From NCBI GenBank assembly GCA_963829705.1, contig CAWHJN010000005.1, positions 157,634 to 221,633 on the forward strand: a DNA stretch of 64,000 bases, written 5' to 3'. The notes below the pieces were generated by a model. The model did not search any database and was not told where the DNA came from. It saw only the letters and a program-made list of their open reading frames with translations. Shown here piece by piece: positions 41,451 to 50,280 of the stretch (positions within the stretch are counted from its first letter, which is position 1; each line of letters starts with the position of its first letter). The stretch comes from Rhodothermales bacterium. Its GTDB lineage: Bacteria > Bacteroidota > Rhodothermia > Rhodothermales > BA12. The position numbers were made by a program, and so were the translations under genes.

Positions 41451-41618
41451 TCAGCGGACGGCCTTGATCTCGGTCTGCACGTTGTCGAGCATGACCATCT
41501 TCTGGCGGAAGCGGTACTGGCCGTTTTCCTTCTTCTCGGCCACGACGATCTTCGCCATCTTGTTTTCCTGACGGTTCTTGCCGCGGTCGGTACGCTGGTT
41601 TTTGTTGACCTTTGCCAT
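41451..41618 (-). CDS. DUF4295 family protein (probable ribosomal protein bL38)
   Basis: 55-aa basic ORF MAKVNK...KMAKIVVAEKKENGQYRFRQKMV directly after rpmG; not in ORF track. Confidence 0.8.
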   Translation of the reverse strand: MAKVNKNQRTDRGKNRQENKMAKIVVAEKKENGQYRFRQKMVMLDNVQTEIKAVR

Positions 41619-41636
41619 CGTCGTAGAGGGGTTGGG

Positions 41637-41807
41637 TTACTTGATTTCCTTGTGCAACGTGTGCTTGCGAAGCTCCGCGTTGTACTTCTTCAGTTCGAGA
41701 CGCGCCGTCGTGTTGCGGCGGTTCTTCTTGGTCGCGTAGCGCGACGTGCCCGGTGCCTCGGTGCATTCGAGGATCACCTGGATGCGGTTTTCTTTGCCCT
41801 TTGCCAT
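41637..41807 (-). CDS. rpmG: 50S ribosomal protein L33
   Basis: [17 protein letters not shown]...[20 protein letters not shown]...HTLHKEIK. Confidence 0.96.
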   Translation of the reverse strand: MAKGKENRIQVILECTEAPGTSRYATKKNRRNTTARLELKKYNAELRKHTLHKEIK

Positions 41808-41840
41808 GGTCTATTGGGGGATGCGCGTCGCCGACGCAGT

Positions 41841-42077
41841 TTAGAGCGTGACGCCGTTTTTCTTCGCGTCGCGCAGCACGGCGGAGATGCCCTTGCTGTT
41901 GATCGTCTTGATCGTCTGGCCGGAGACGCGGAGCGTGACCCAGCGGTCTTCTTCGGGGATGTAGAAACGCTTCTTCTGCAGGTTGACCTCGAAGCGCCGC
42001 TTGGCCCGGTTGTTCGCGTGCGAGACGTGGTTGCCCGCGACGGGCCCTTTGCCCGTGATCTGATCTTTGCGCGACAT
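41841..42077 (-). CDS. rpmB: 50S ribosomal protein L28
   Basis: MSRKDQITGK..GNHVSHANNRAKRRFEVNLQ. Confidence 0.97.
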   Translation of the reverse strand: MSRKDQITGKGPVAGNHVSHANNRAKRRFEVNLQKKRFYIPEEDRWVTLRVSGQTIKTINSKGISAVLRDAKKNGVTL

Positions 42078-42240
42078 GGCGGAGTGTATAAAGTCTGAAA
42101 GAGTCGTGCGGCTGCGTAAGACGCAAAAAGCCGCTCGGGGCGGCTAAGCCACAAAAGGTAAGGGCTTGCCCGCCGCCCCACAACGCAAACCGCGCCCAAA
42201 GACTCCCAATCGCGCGGAATTAACAGTGAAGAGAAGGATG

Positions 42241-42360
42241 GGAAAGTGGAAAGTGGAAAGTGGAATCTCGAAACGCGGAACGGGGCGGAGGTTTGGAAGG
42301 GGGCTGACGGTTTTTGCGAGCCGCTTCCACTTCCGCGTTCCGCGTTCCCACTTTCATTCC
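42241..42360. repeat. Heptamer tandem repeats with inverted counterpart
   Basis: GGAAAGT x3, GGAATCT, CGAAACG, CGGAACG ... CTTCCAC TTCCGCG TTCCGCG TTCCCAC. Confidence 0.65.
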
Positions 42361-43619
42361 AGCGTCACCGCCTGGGCCGGTTCGATGAGCGAGGCGCGGC
42401 GGGCGGGGTAGACGGACGCCAGCACGCACAGCCCGAAGGCGGCAGCGGCAATGCCAAGCACGTCGAGCGAATGGATGTCGACGGGGTAGGCGGCGATGAG
42501 AAACGAATCTGCCGTGCCGCTGAGTTTGACGAGCCCGAAGTGCTGCTGTGCCAGCGCGAGCCCGAGCCCGAGCACCACGCCTGCGCCCGTGCCGACGAGC
42601 CCGATGAGCGCGCCTTCGAGCAGAAAAAGCTGCCGGATGCCTTTGCGCGAGACGCCCAGCGCAGCCAGCACGCCCACGTCGCGCCGCTTCTCGATGACGA
42701 CCATCATGAGCGAGCCGACGATGTTGAAGGCGGCCACGATGACGATGATGAACAGCACCGCCGACGCGCCCCACTTTTCGAGTGCCATCACATCGTAGAG
42801 CGCCCTGTGGAGATCGTACCACGTCTTGACGCGCACCTGCGACGTGTCCAGCCGGGCTTCGAGTTGGGCTTTCACCTGCGCGGCGCGGTCGAGGTCGTCG
42901 AGGCGGAGTTCGAGGCCCGTCACCCGGCCCGGCATCCGAAACAGCTTCTGCGCTTCTTCGGTGGCGATGAAGACGTGGCTCTCGTCGTAGGCGGCCTCCA
43001 TCTCGAAGGTGCCGCGCACCTCGAAGCGGGTATAGCGCGGGGGCGCGAACGGGTTGGTGAGCGCGCTCTCGATGGCCGCCGCCGAGAGCAGCGTCACGTC
43101 CGAGCCGCGGTACGGCCCCGTCGCGGCGACGAGGTCGTAGTGGTGCGTCAGACCTGCACCGACGACGATGCCGGGCCGGCCGTCACGCCGTTCGAGGCTG
43201 AACGCGCCGCGCACGATGCCTTCCGCCACCCGTGTCGTGCCCTCGAGCGCGTCTTCTTCGATGCCGCGCACAATGACGACCTTGTTGGCCTCCGCCGCCG
43301 TCTGCTGCGCCACGAGCGCCTTGCCCTCCACGTACGTCGACGCATACGTAACGTGCGGCAACCCTCGGGCGAGGGCGAGGAGGGAGTCGGCAGTAGCCAG
43401 CCCATCCTCGGCCACGGCCACGATGCGGACGTGCGGGTCGAGCGAGACGAGCAGGTCGCGCGCGAAAGTGTAAAAGCCGTTCATCACCGACAGCACCACG
43501 ATCAGCGCCGCTACGCCCAGCGCCACGCCGCCCATCGAGATGCCGGTGATGATGGAGATGGGCGAGATCCGCTTCCGGCTGAACAGGTAGCGCTGCGCGA
43601 TGCGGAAGCGATAGTCCAT
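42354..43619 (-). CDS. LolC/LolE-type ABC transporter permease
   Basis: IAQRYL, GVALGVAALIVVLSVMNGF, AAFNIV...EKRRDVGVL.ALG, YPARRAS. Confidence 0.9.
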   Translation of the reverse strand: MDYRFRIAQRYLFSRKRISPISIITGISMGGVALGVAALIVVLSVMNGFYTFARDLLVSLDPHVRIVAVAEDGLATADSLLALARGLPHVTYASTYVEGKALVAQQTAAEANKVVIVRGIEEDALEGTTRVAEGIVRGAFSLERRDGRPGIVVGAGLTHHYDLVAATGPYRGSDVTLLSAAAIESALTNPFAPPRYTRFEVRGTFEMEAAYDESHVFIATEEAQKLFRMPGRVTGLELRLDDLDRAAQVKAQLEARLDTSQVRVKTWYDLHRALYDVMALEKWGASAVLFIIVIVAAFNIVGSLMMVVIEKRRDVGVLAALGVSRKGIRQLFLLEGALIGLVGTGAGVVLGLGLALAQQHFGLVKLSGTADSFLIAAYPVDIHSLDVLGIAAAAFGLCVLASVYPARRASLIEPAQAVTLE

Positions 43620-43728
43620 TTGAGATGACTACTTCGTCAATGAGTAAAGGGTTGAATGCGTTGGCGAGAAAGACCCACGTATCCTCGTGAACCCCTGGCA
43701 ATCAACCGTTAACGAACTGGCCATTCGT

Positions 43729-44516
43729 TCAGTCCATCCGCACCGTGGGATCGGTGAAGGTACCGGCGGGGACGGTGGTGGGCAGGGCGACGGCGTCGGT
43801 GTAGAGCGTGCGCCCGCCGCCCGATTTGTGCGCCGTGGCGAGGCGGGCGGTGCCGTGCGGCGTGTCGAGCGCGACTTCTCCGGTACGTTCGATGAACGAC
43901 ATCGGCGCGTCGGGATTGCCTTCGAGCACGAAACCCCACGCTTCGAGCGCCCCGGTATCCGGGTTGGCGTAGAGGCGGTAGGTATCGCCCGGCGTCAGGC
44001 CCACGTCGGCAAAGGTGAGCGTCAGCACGTGGCGTCCGAGCGTGTCGGGCCTCGTGCCGCGCGTGACGCCGTCGTCGAAGAGCTTGGTAGGGACGAGCAG
44101 CCAGTACGTGTCGTTGATGAAGGCGCGGTAGGCGCGTTCCAGCCACGGCGCGGCGGCGCTGTCGCCGAGTGCGATGCCGTTCTCGTAGACGTCGCCCTGC
44201 CGCGAGTTGACGTTGAAGAGGGCGGTGTAGACGGTGTCGTTGCGCGTCGTTTCGAGGCGGTAGTCGCCCGTCATGCGGTTCCACAGGTGACGGCGCGGCG
44301 GCGGGCGCGTGGCGGCGGTGTCGAAGCCCGCGCCGAAGTCGAAGCGCAGGTAGGGTGCCTGCGTCCACACCTCGGGGCCTCCGGCGTAGGCGTAGATGCG
44401 GTAGGCGAGGCTGTCGGCTGCCGTGGCGAGGTCGGGGCGCGCGATTCGGGGGCGGAGGCGTCGGGCTGGCAGCCGGTGAGGGCGATGAGCAGCGCGAGCG
44501 GCAGGAGCAGACGCAT
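43729..44516 (-). pseudogene. Hypothetical lipoprotein with apparent 1-nt deletion near 44445
   Basis: MRLLLPLALLIALTGC lipobox in one frame; body (AGG.EVW...LRFDF, FINDTYWLLVP.KLFDDGV, GLTPGD.Y) in another; span 788 nt = 3n+2. Confidence 0.7.
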
Positions 44517-44623
44517 GGCGGCAGGGGAGTGGGTGAGGGAGCAAGATAGGCCGCATATCTGCCCGAAACCCGCCTCTGCGCCGCCGGTACGCCCGCTCTG
44601 CCGTTACGAGAGTCCGCCGTCCC

Positions 44624-45370
44624 ATGCGCTCTGCCTGCCTGCTCGCCGTTTTGCTCTCCGTGCCGCTCGCGAAGGCCCAGCCGACGCGTGCAGCAGCGGC
44701 TGATACCGCCGTCATCGACACGCTCGAAGCGCCGCGCTACGGCACCGGCGCAGGCGCGGCCATCTTGCTCACCAACAGCGGCTTCGGACTGGGCGGCTAC
44801 GCCACGGCGCGCGTCGGCCCGGCGACGTCGCTCGTGGCCGAACTCAGCCTCGGCGGCGTGCGCGACGAGCGCGAAACCAAGTTCTTCGGCATCGGCGGCC
44901 CGACGATTCAGAACAAGGCGAATTACCTGATGCTCGTGCCGCTGCGGCTGGGGATCTACCAGCGGCTGTTTCGGAGCGCCATCGAGGACAACTTCCGCCC
45001 GTACGTCCACCTGAGCGCGGGGCCGACGCTCGGCTGGGTGTCACCGTATTTCGACGACTGCAACGGTAACGGGCGCTTCGACCGCAGCGCCGACTGCGAC
45101 GGCGACGGGGTGCTGGGCGAGGGCGAAGGCGAGCGCGAACACGACGTGTTCTCTGCCTTCCCGAAAGGCCACGCGCAGTTCGGTGTGGGCGGGCAGGTTG
45201 CCGTAGGCGCGTTTTTTGGTTACAGCACGCGGCTGTCGCAGGGGGTGCAGATCGCCTACCGATTCGACTATTTCGGCGAGCCTGTCGCCCTCCTCGAAGA
45301 GCGCGTCAAGCCCGCGCAGCGCTACTTCGGCACGCCCGTCGTCTCGTTCACCTTCGGGCGGCTTTTCTGA
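44624..45370 (+). CDS. Outer-membrane beta-barrel-like protein with Dx[DN]xDG loops
   Basis: Signal peptide (AKA-Q), alternating strands, DCNGNG and DCDGDG, C-terminal FGRLF. Confidence 0.65.
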   Translation: MRSACLLAVLLSVPLAKAQPTRAAAADTAVIDTLEAPRYGTGAGAAILLTNSGFGLGGYATARVGPATSLVAELSLGGVRDERETKFFGIGGPTIQNKANYLMLVPLRLGIYQRLFRSAIEDNFRPYVHLSAGPTLGWVSPYFDDCNGNGRFDRSADCDGDGVLGEGEGEREHDVFSAFPKGHAQFGVGGQVAVGAFFGYSTRLSQGVQIAYRFDYFGEPVALLEERVKPAQRYFGTPVVSFTFGRLF

Positions 45371-45437
45371 GGAGCAGGTGGGAGAGGCCACCGCTGCCTC
45401 GGCCTGTCCATCTCGTCAGAACCTCCGCCCGCATGCC

Positions 45438-46364
45438 TCAACCGTCCGTCTTCGCGTCCGGCCCGTCTCGGCGGAAGCCAGCGTCGGCGGTGCGGAGCGT
45501 GATGAGGGTGAGTTCGGGGCGGCAGTTGATCCGCACCGGCAGCGTCGAGAAGCCGATGCCGCGGTTGACGTAGAGCCGGTTCCCAGACGCACCGATGGCG
45601 TCTGCCGCCCAGCCGTCGACGGCGACCTCGCCCGGCCTGACGATGTCGAGCCACGAGTTGTGCTCGCCGGGGAAGAGGCGGATCTGCCCGCCGTGGGTGT
45701 GCGCGGCCAGCGCCAGCGGAGCCGCGCCGGGGGCGATCTGGCGGTACGACTCCGGGTTGTGCATCAGCACGAGGCGCGGCGCGGCCTCGGGGACGGCGGC
45801 GAGGGCGCGGTCGGGGAAGCTGTCCTCCGCCCACACCGACCCGATGCCCGCCACCCAGAGCGTGTCGCCGCCGCCCGGCGCGGCGATGCCCACGGCCTCG
45901 TTTTCCAGCACCGCCACGCCGAGGGCGCGCAACTGCGCCGTCAGGTATTCGGCGATGGGAGGCCGCGCCTCGCTGCTCTTCTTCATCAGCGAGTAGTCGT
46001 GGTTGCCCAGCACGGCGACGACAGGGATGCCGGCCTCGACGACGGGCCGCACCATCGCCACGGCACGCTCTGCGCGTGACGAATCCGGGTGGTACATAAA
46101 GTCGCCCGCGATGAGCACGAGCGCCACGCCCTCGTCCACGGCGGCGCGGAGGGCCTCTCGGACCATGCCGTCGTTGCCGAGCCACATGCCCAGCTGGAAG
46201 TCGGCGACGAGGGCCACCTGCTGCCCGTCCCATTCCGGCGGGAGGTCGGGAATGCGCGCCTCGTACTGCTCGTGGTCGAGCAGAAAGCGCGGCTCGATAA
46301 ACACGCCGTAAACAGCGACGAGCACGAGGAGGAGGAAGAACCCTTTGACGATGTTTTGCAGCAT
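45438..46364 (-). CDS. Membrane-anchored metallophosphoesterase (YkuE-like)
   Basis: N-terminal TM, IEP, ADFQ, AGDF, LGNHD, HNP, AHTHGGQ, VNRGIG. Confidence 0.88.
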   Translation of the reverse strand: MLQNIVKGFFLLLVLVAVYGVFIEPRFLLDHEQYEARIPDLPPEWDGQQVALVADFQLGMWLGNDGMVREALRAAVDEGVALVLIAGDFMYHPDSSRAERAVAMVRPVVEAGIPVVAVLGNHDYSLMKKSSEARPPIAEYLTAQLRALGVAVLENEAVGIAAPGGGDTLWVAGIGSVWAEDSFPDRALAAVPEAAPRLVLMHNPESYRQIAPGAAPLALAAHTHGGQIRLFPGEHNSWLDIVRPGEVAVDGWAADAIGASGNRLYVNRGIGFSTLPVRINCRPELTLITLRTADAGFRRDGPDAKTDG

Positions 46365-46541
46365 GGTGAGGGCGTTTCCGGCATGGCGCGCCGAGCAAGA
46401 ACGGAAGGTAAGAATGACTACTCTGCCGTGGGTTCTTGGACGTTGACGCCTCGAGCCTTCGCCTCCATTCACCCTTTACTCTTCACCCTTCGCCCTTCGC
46501 CTGCACCCGTATTTTCCGCCTTCTCCAGAACCCCCGCGCCC

Positions 46542-48434
46542 ATGCTCGTCACCCCGTCGCACGCCAACCCGCACCCGCCGCGCACGCACACCTGCGGCAG
46601 TCTCCGCGCTGCCAACGTCGGCGACACGGTCACGCTCGAAGGCTGGGTGGACACGCGGCGCGATCTGGGCGGCCTCATCTTTCTCGACCTCCGCGACCGC
46701 CACGGCCTCACGCAGGTGGTCTTCTCACCCCAGGACGACGCCGACGCCTACGCGCTCGCCGAAAAGGTGCGCGGCGAGTACGTCGTGTCGGTGCAGGGCG
46801 TCGTGGATAACCGCTCGCAGGACACCGTCAATCCGAGGCTGCCCACGGGCGAGGTCGAGGTGCGGGCGAAAAGCCTGGTGCTGCTCAACACGAGCGAGGC
46901 GCTGCCGTTTTCCGTGTCGGCGCACGAGGAGAAGCGCGTGACGGCCAACGAAGACCTGCGGATGCGCTACCGCTACCTCGACCTGCGGCGGCCCGAACTC
47001 GCGCAGAACCTCGTGCTGCGCCACAAACTCTACCAGATCACCCGTCGCCACTTCGACCGGCACGGCTTTCTGGAGATCGAGACGCCGGTGCTGATGAAGT
47101 CCACCCCCGAGGGCGCGCGCGACTTCCTGGTGCCGTCGCGTGTCAACCCGGGCAAGTTCTTCGCGCTCCCGCAGAGCCCGCAAACGTACAAGCAGATCCT
47201 GATGGTGGCGGGCCTCGACCGCTACGTGCAGATCACCAAGTGCTTCCGCGACGAAGACCTCCGCGCCGACCGCCAGCCCGAGTTCACGCAGATCGACGTC
47301 GAGATGACGTTCGCTCGCGAAGAGCTGATCTACGCGATCATCGAAGAGCTGATGGCGACGCTGTGGCGCGAACTCAAGGGCGTGGAACTGAAGACCCCGT
47401 TCCGCCGGATATCGTACGACGAAGCCCTCACGCGCTACGGCTCCGACAAGCCCGACCTGCGCTACGGCCTCGACTTCCACGACCTCACGGGGACGTTCGA
47501 AGGCGCGGGCTTCCGCGTGTTCGACCAGGTACGGGAGAGCGGCGGCAAAGTCCTGGCGATCCGCGTGCCGGGCGAGGGCGACCGCGGCCGTGGCGCGATG
47601 GACCGGCTCGACAAAGACATCGTCCGCAAGAAGATCGGCGCGGGGGGGCTCGTGTATTTCAAGCGGCCCTCGGACGGATCGGAGACATTCTCGTCCATCA
47701 AAGCCGAAGCCCTCGACCCGTCGTACGTCCAGAAGGCCGTCGAGACCGTCGGGGCAGAAAAAGGTGACCTCGTCGTCGTCCTGGCCGGGGCCGCTCCGAA
47801 GATTTATTCGCAGATGGGTGCGCTGCGCGAGCATCTGGGCAAAGAACTCGGCTACGTGCCCGACCCCGCCAACCCGGACGCCGTGCACGGCGAAGGGCCA
47901 TGGGAATTCCTGTGGGTGACGGAGTTTCCGCTGCTCGAATGGGACGAGAAGGAGGAGCGTTATTTCGCCATGCACCACCCGTTCACGTCGCCCCGCCCCG
48001 AGGACATCCCCACGCTCAAGGACGACCCCGGCGCGGCGCGGGCGCGGGCGTACGACCTGGTGCTCAACGGCAACGAGATCGGCGGCGGCTCTATCCGTAT
48101 CCACGACCGCAGCGTGCAGGCGCAGATGTTCGAGTTGCTCGGCATCGGCGAGGAGGAGGCGCAGCAGCGCTTCGGCTTTTTGCTCGACGCCTTCCGCTAC
48201 GGCGCGCCGCCGCACGGTGGCATCGCGCTGGGGTTGGATCGCCTGGTGATGCTGCTCGCCGGGGCCACGAGCCTGCGCGACGTGATCGCGTTCCCCAAGA
48301 CGCAGTCGGCCCAGGAGCCGATGGTCGGCTCGCCCGACGTCGTGGACGACCACCAGCTCAAAGAACTTCACATCCGCACCGTTCCCCCGGAAACGGGCGG
48401 CGACAAGACGAAAGTGGTGAAGCAGCCGTCTTGA
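46542..48434 (+). CDS. aspS: Aspartate--tRNA ligase
   Basis: RTHTCG, RYRYLDLRR, STPEGARDF, LPQSPQ, CFRDEDLRADRQPEFTQ, GAPPHGG, FPKT. Confidence 0.97.
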   Translation: MLVTPSHANPHPPRTHTCGSLRAANVGDTVTLEGWVDTRRDLGGLIFLDLRDRHGLTQVVFSPQDDADAYALAEKVRGEYVVSVQGVVDNRSQDTVNPRLPTGEVEVRAKSLVLLNTSEALPFSVSAHEEKRVTANEDLRMRYRYLDLRRPELAQNLVLRHKLYQITRRHFDRHGFLEIETPVLMKSTPEGARDFLVPSRVNPGKFFALPQSPQTYKQILMVAGLDRYVQITKCFRDEDLRADRQPEFTQIDVEMTFAREELIYAIIEELMATLWRELKGVELKTPFRRISYDEALTRYGSDKPDLRYGLDFHDLTGTFEGAGFRVFDQVRESGGKVLAIRVPGEGDRGRGAMDRLDKDIVRKKIGAGGLVYFKRPSDGSETFSSIKAEALDPSYVQKAVETVGAEKGDLVVVLAGAAPKIYSQMGALREHLGKELGYVPDPANPDAVHGEGPWEFLWVTEFPLLEWDEKEERYFAMHHPFTSPRPEDIPTLKDDPGAARARAYDLVLNGNEIGGGSIRIHDRSVQAQMFELLGIGEEEAQQRFGFLLDAFRYGAPPHGGIALGLDRLVMLLAGATSLRDVIAFPKTQSAQEPMVGSPDVVDDHQLKELHIRTVPPETGGDKTKVVKQPS

Positions 48435-48663
48435 GCGCGTGTCGAGTAGCGGCGCCTGCCCCGCCTTGCGGGGTGCTGCGCGCCGAGGCGAGGTCGAGCC
48501 GCGAAAACAACGCGCGCAGACGGCGGAGCACTCACCATGGAGGCGCTGCCCGCGCTCGCTCCGGTGGACGTGACGGGCATCCTGCCGCGCCAATCGTAGC
48601 CTCGGCGGTACTGTTGCAGCAGATGGGCGTGCAGTATTCTGGCACGTTCCGCTTTTCACGCCC

Positions 48664-49812
48664 ATGCCCTTCAAACCCAACAAGATGCAGGCGGGGTTTT
48701 TCCTCGCGCTGCTCGTCGTCACCTCGCTCGCCTTCCTGTGGGTCATCCGCGGGTTTCTGCTGCCGCTCTTCTGGGCGACGGTGCTCGCGCTCATCTTCCG
48801 ACCGCTCTTCGAGAAGCTGGCGAGGAAGATGAAAAACGGCTTCGCAGCCCTGCTGACGGTGATGGCGATCCTGCTCGTCGTGGTGCTGCCCGTGTTTCTC
48901 GTGGGCGTGGCCGTCGTCAGCGAGGTGGATAACCTCTACCAGCAGGTCAGCTCGGGCGAGATCGACCTGGCGGCGACGGTGGCGTACATGGAAAGCAGGC
49001 TGCCCATTCTGCAGGAGTTCACCGCGCGCGTCGGGCTCGACCCCGAGCGCATCCGGGGCACGCTCGTGGGCGCGGCGGCGAGTGCCAGCCAGGTCGTTGC
49101 CACACGCGCCATCGACTTCGGGCAGAACATCCTGTCGGTGCTGGTGCAGTTTTTCCTGATGCTCTATCTGCTGTACTTCTTCTTCATCGACGGCGACCGC
49201 CTCGTCGAGCGCCTGATCCGCGTGCTGCCGCTGGGCGATGAGCGCGAGCGCCGCCTGCTGACGCGCTTCGCCGACGTGTCGCGGGCGACGCTCAAGGGCA
49301 CCCTCATCGTGGCCGCCGTGCAGGGCACCATCGGCGGCATCACCTTCGCCCTGCTCGGCATTCAGGCTGCTGTGTTCTGGGGCGTCATAATGACGCTGCT
49401 CTCGCTCCTGCCTGCCATCGGGACGGCGCTCGTGTGGGTGCCAGCGGCAATCATCCTGTTTGCCACCGGGCACCTCGTCAAAGCCATCATCCTCGTGATC
49501 GTCGGCACGCTCATCATCGGGCTCGTGGACAACCTGCTCCGGCCCATCCTCGTCGGGCGCGACGCCCGGATGCCGGATTACCTCGTCCTCATCACCACGC
49601 TGGGCGGCATCACGTTGTTCGGGTTGTCTGGCTTCATCATCGGGCCCGTGGTGGCCGCGCTGTTTCTGACGACGTGGAATATCTTCGCCGAGGACTTCTC
49701 GTACCTCGACGATCCCAACGGGACGCCGAGGATCGTGCCGCCGGGCGACGCCGCCCTTGCCGAGGCGGCGAATTCATCCCCGGATGACATCGTGCAGAGC
49801 CGTCCGCAGTAG
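48664..49812 (+). CDS. AI-2E family transporter
   Basis: FFFIDG, VQGTIGG, LPAIGTALVWVP, VDNLLRP, GFIIGP. Confidence 0.92.
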   Translation: MPFKPNKMQAGFFLALLVVTSLAFLWVIRGFLLPLFWATVLALIFRPLFEKLARKMKNGFAALLTVMAILLVVVLPVFLVGVAVVSEVDNLYQQVSSGEIDLAATVAYMESRLPILQEFTARVGLDPERIRGTLVGAAASASQVVATRAIDFGQNILSVLVQFFLMLYLLYFFFIDGDRLVERLIRVLPLGDERERRLLTRFADVSRATLKGTLIVAAVQGTIGGITFALLGIQAAVFWGVIMTLLSLLPAIGTALVWVPAAIILFATGHLVKAIILVIVGTLIIGLVDNLLRPILVGRDARMPDYLVLITTLGGITLFGLSGFIIGPVVAALFLTTWNIFAEDFSYLDDPNGTPRIVPPGDAALAEAANSSPDDIVQSRPQ

Positions 49813-49821
49813 ATTCGTAGG

Positions 49822-50199
49822 ATGGTACAGCGTGCCGTCACCACCGTCCTCGTGGGCCTCGTGCTCCTCAGCACGCAGCACCTGCTGCTCGTGCAGACGG
49901 TGTTCGTGCTGCGCCGGGCGTACGTGGTCGAGTACCTGTGCGTCAACCGCGACAGGCCGGAGATGAAGTGCAACGGGCGCTGCCACCTCGCCAAACATCT
50001 GCGCGAGCACCAGCAGCACGAGCACCAGGATCGGCAGTCGGCGGTGATGGAGACGATGCTCGCGTTCGCGCTGTGGACGCCGCCGCCCACAGGTGTGACC
50101 GCGCCGCCGCCGCACCGCCGGGCCTACCCGCCCGCCACGCTGGGGCGCGCCTCCGATGGCGTGCCGGCGCTGCCGTTGAAACCGCCTGACGCTTCCTGA
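49822..50199 (+). CDS. Cys/His-rich leader protein (DUF2946/CruR/CutF-like)
   Basis: N-terminal hydrophobic helix, CVNRDRPEMKCNGRCHL, HQQHEH, Pro-rich tail ending LKPPDAS. Confidence 0.7.
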   Translation: MVQRAVTTVLVGLVLLSTQHLLLVQTVFVLRRAYVVEYLCVNRDRPEMKCNGRCHLAKHLREHQQHEHQDRQSAVMETMLAFALWTPPPTGVTAPPPHRRAYPPATLGRASDGVPALPLKPPDAS

Positions 50200-50280
50200 G
50201 CCGCGCCCGAGGGCGCTCGTGTGGAAGGCCGCACTGTGCAACACAGGCGCGGTCCCGTTCCCTTTTTGCTCAGGAAAGCT

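Noticed and set aside
41407-42183. 258-aa minus-strand ORF across the ribosomal protein genes
   Set aside because: Alternative frame over rpmB, rpmG and DUF4295
48639-48655. Possible sigma-54 promoter (TGGCAC) before the AI-2E gene
   Set aside because: GG-to-GC spacing is 8 nt rather than the required 10
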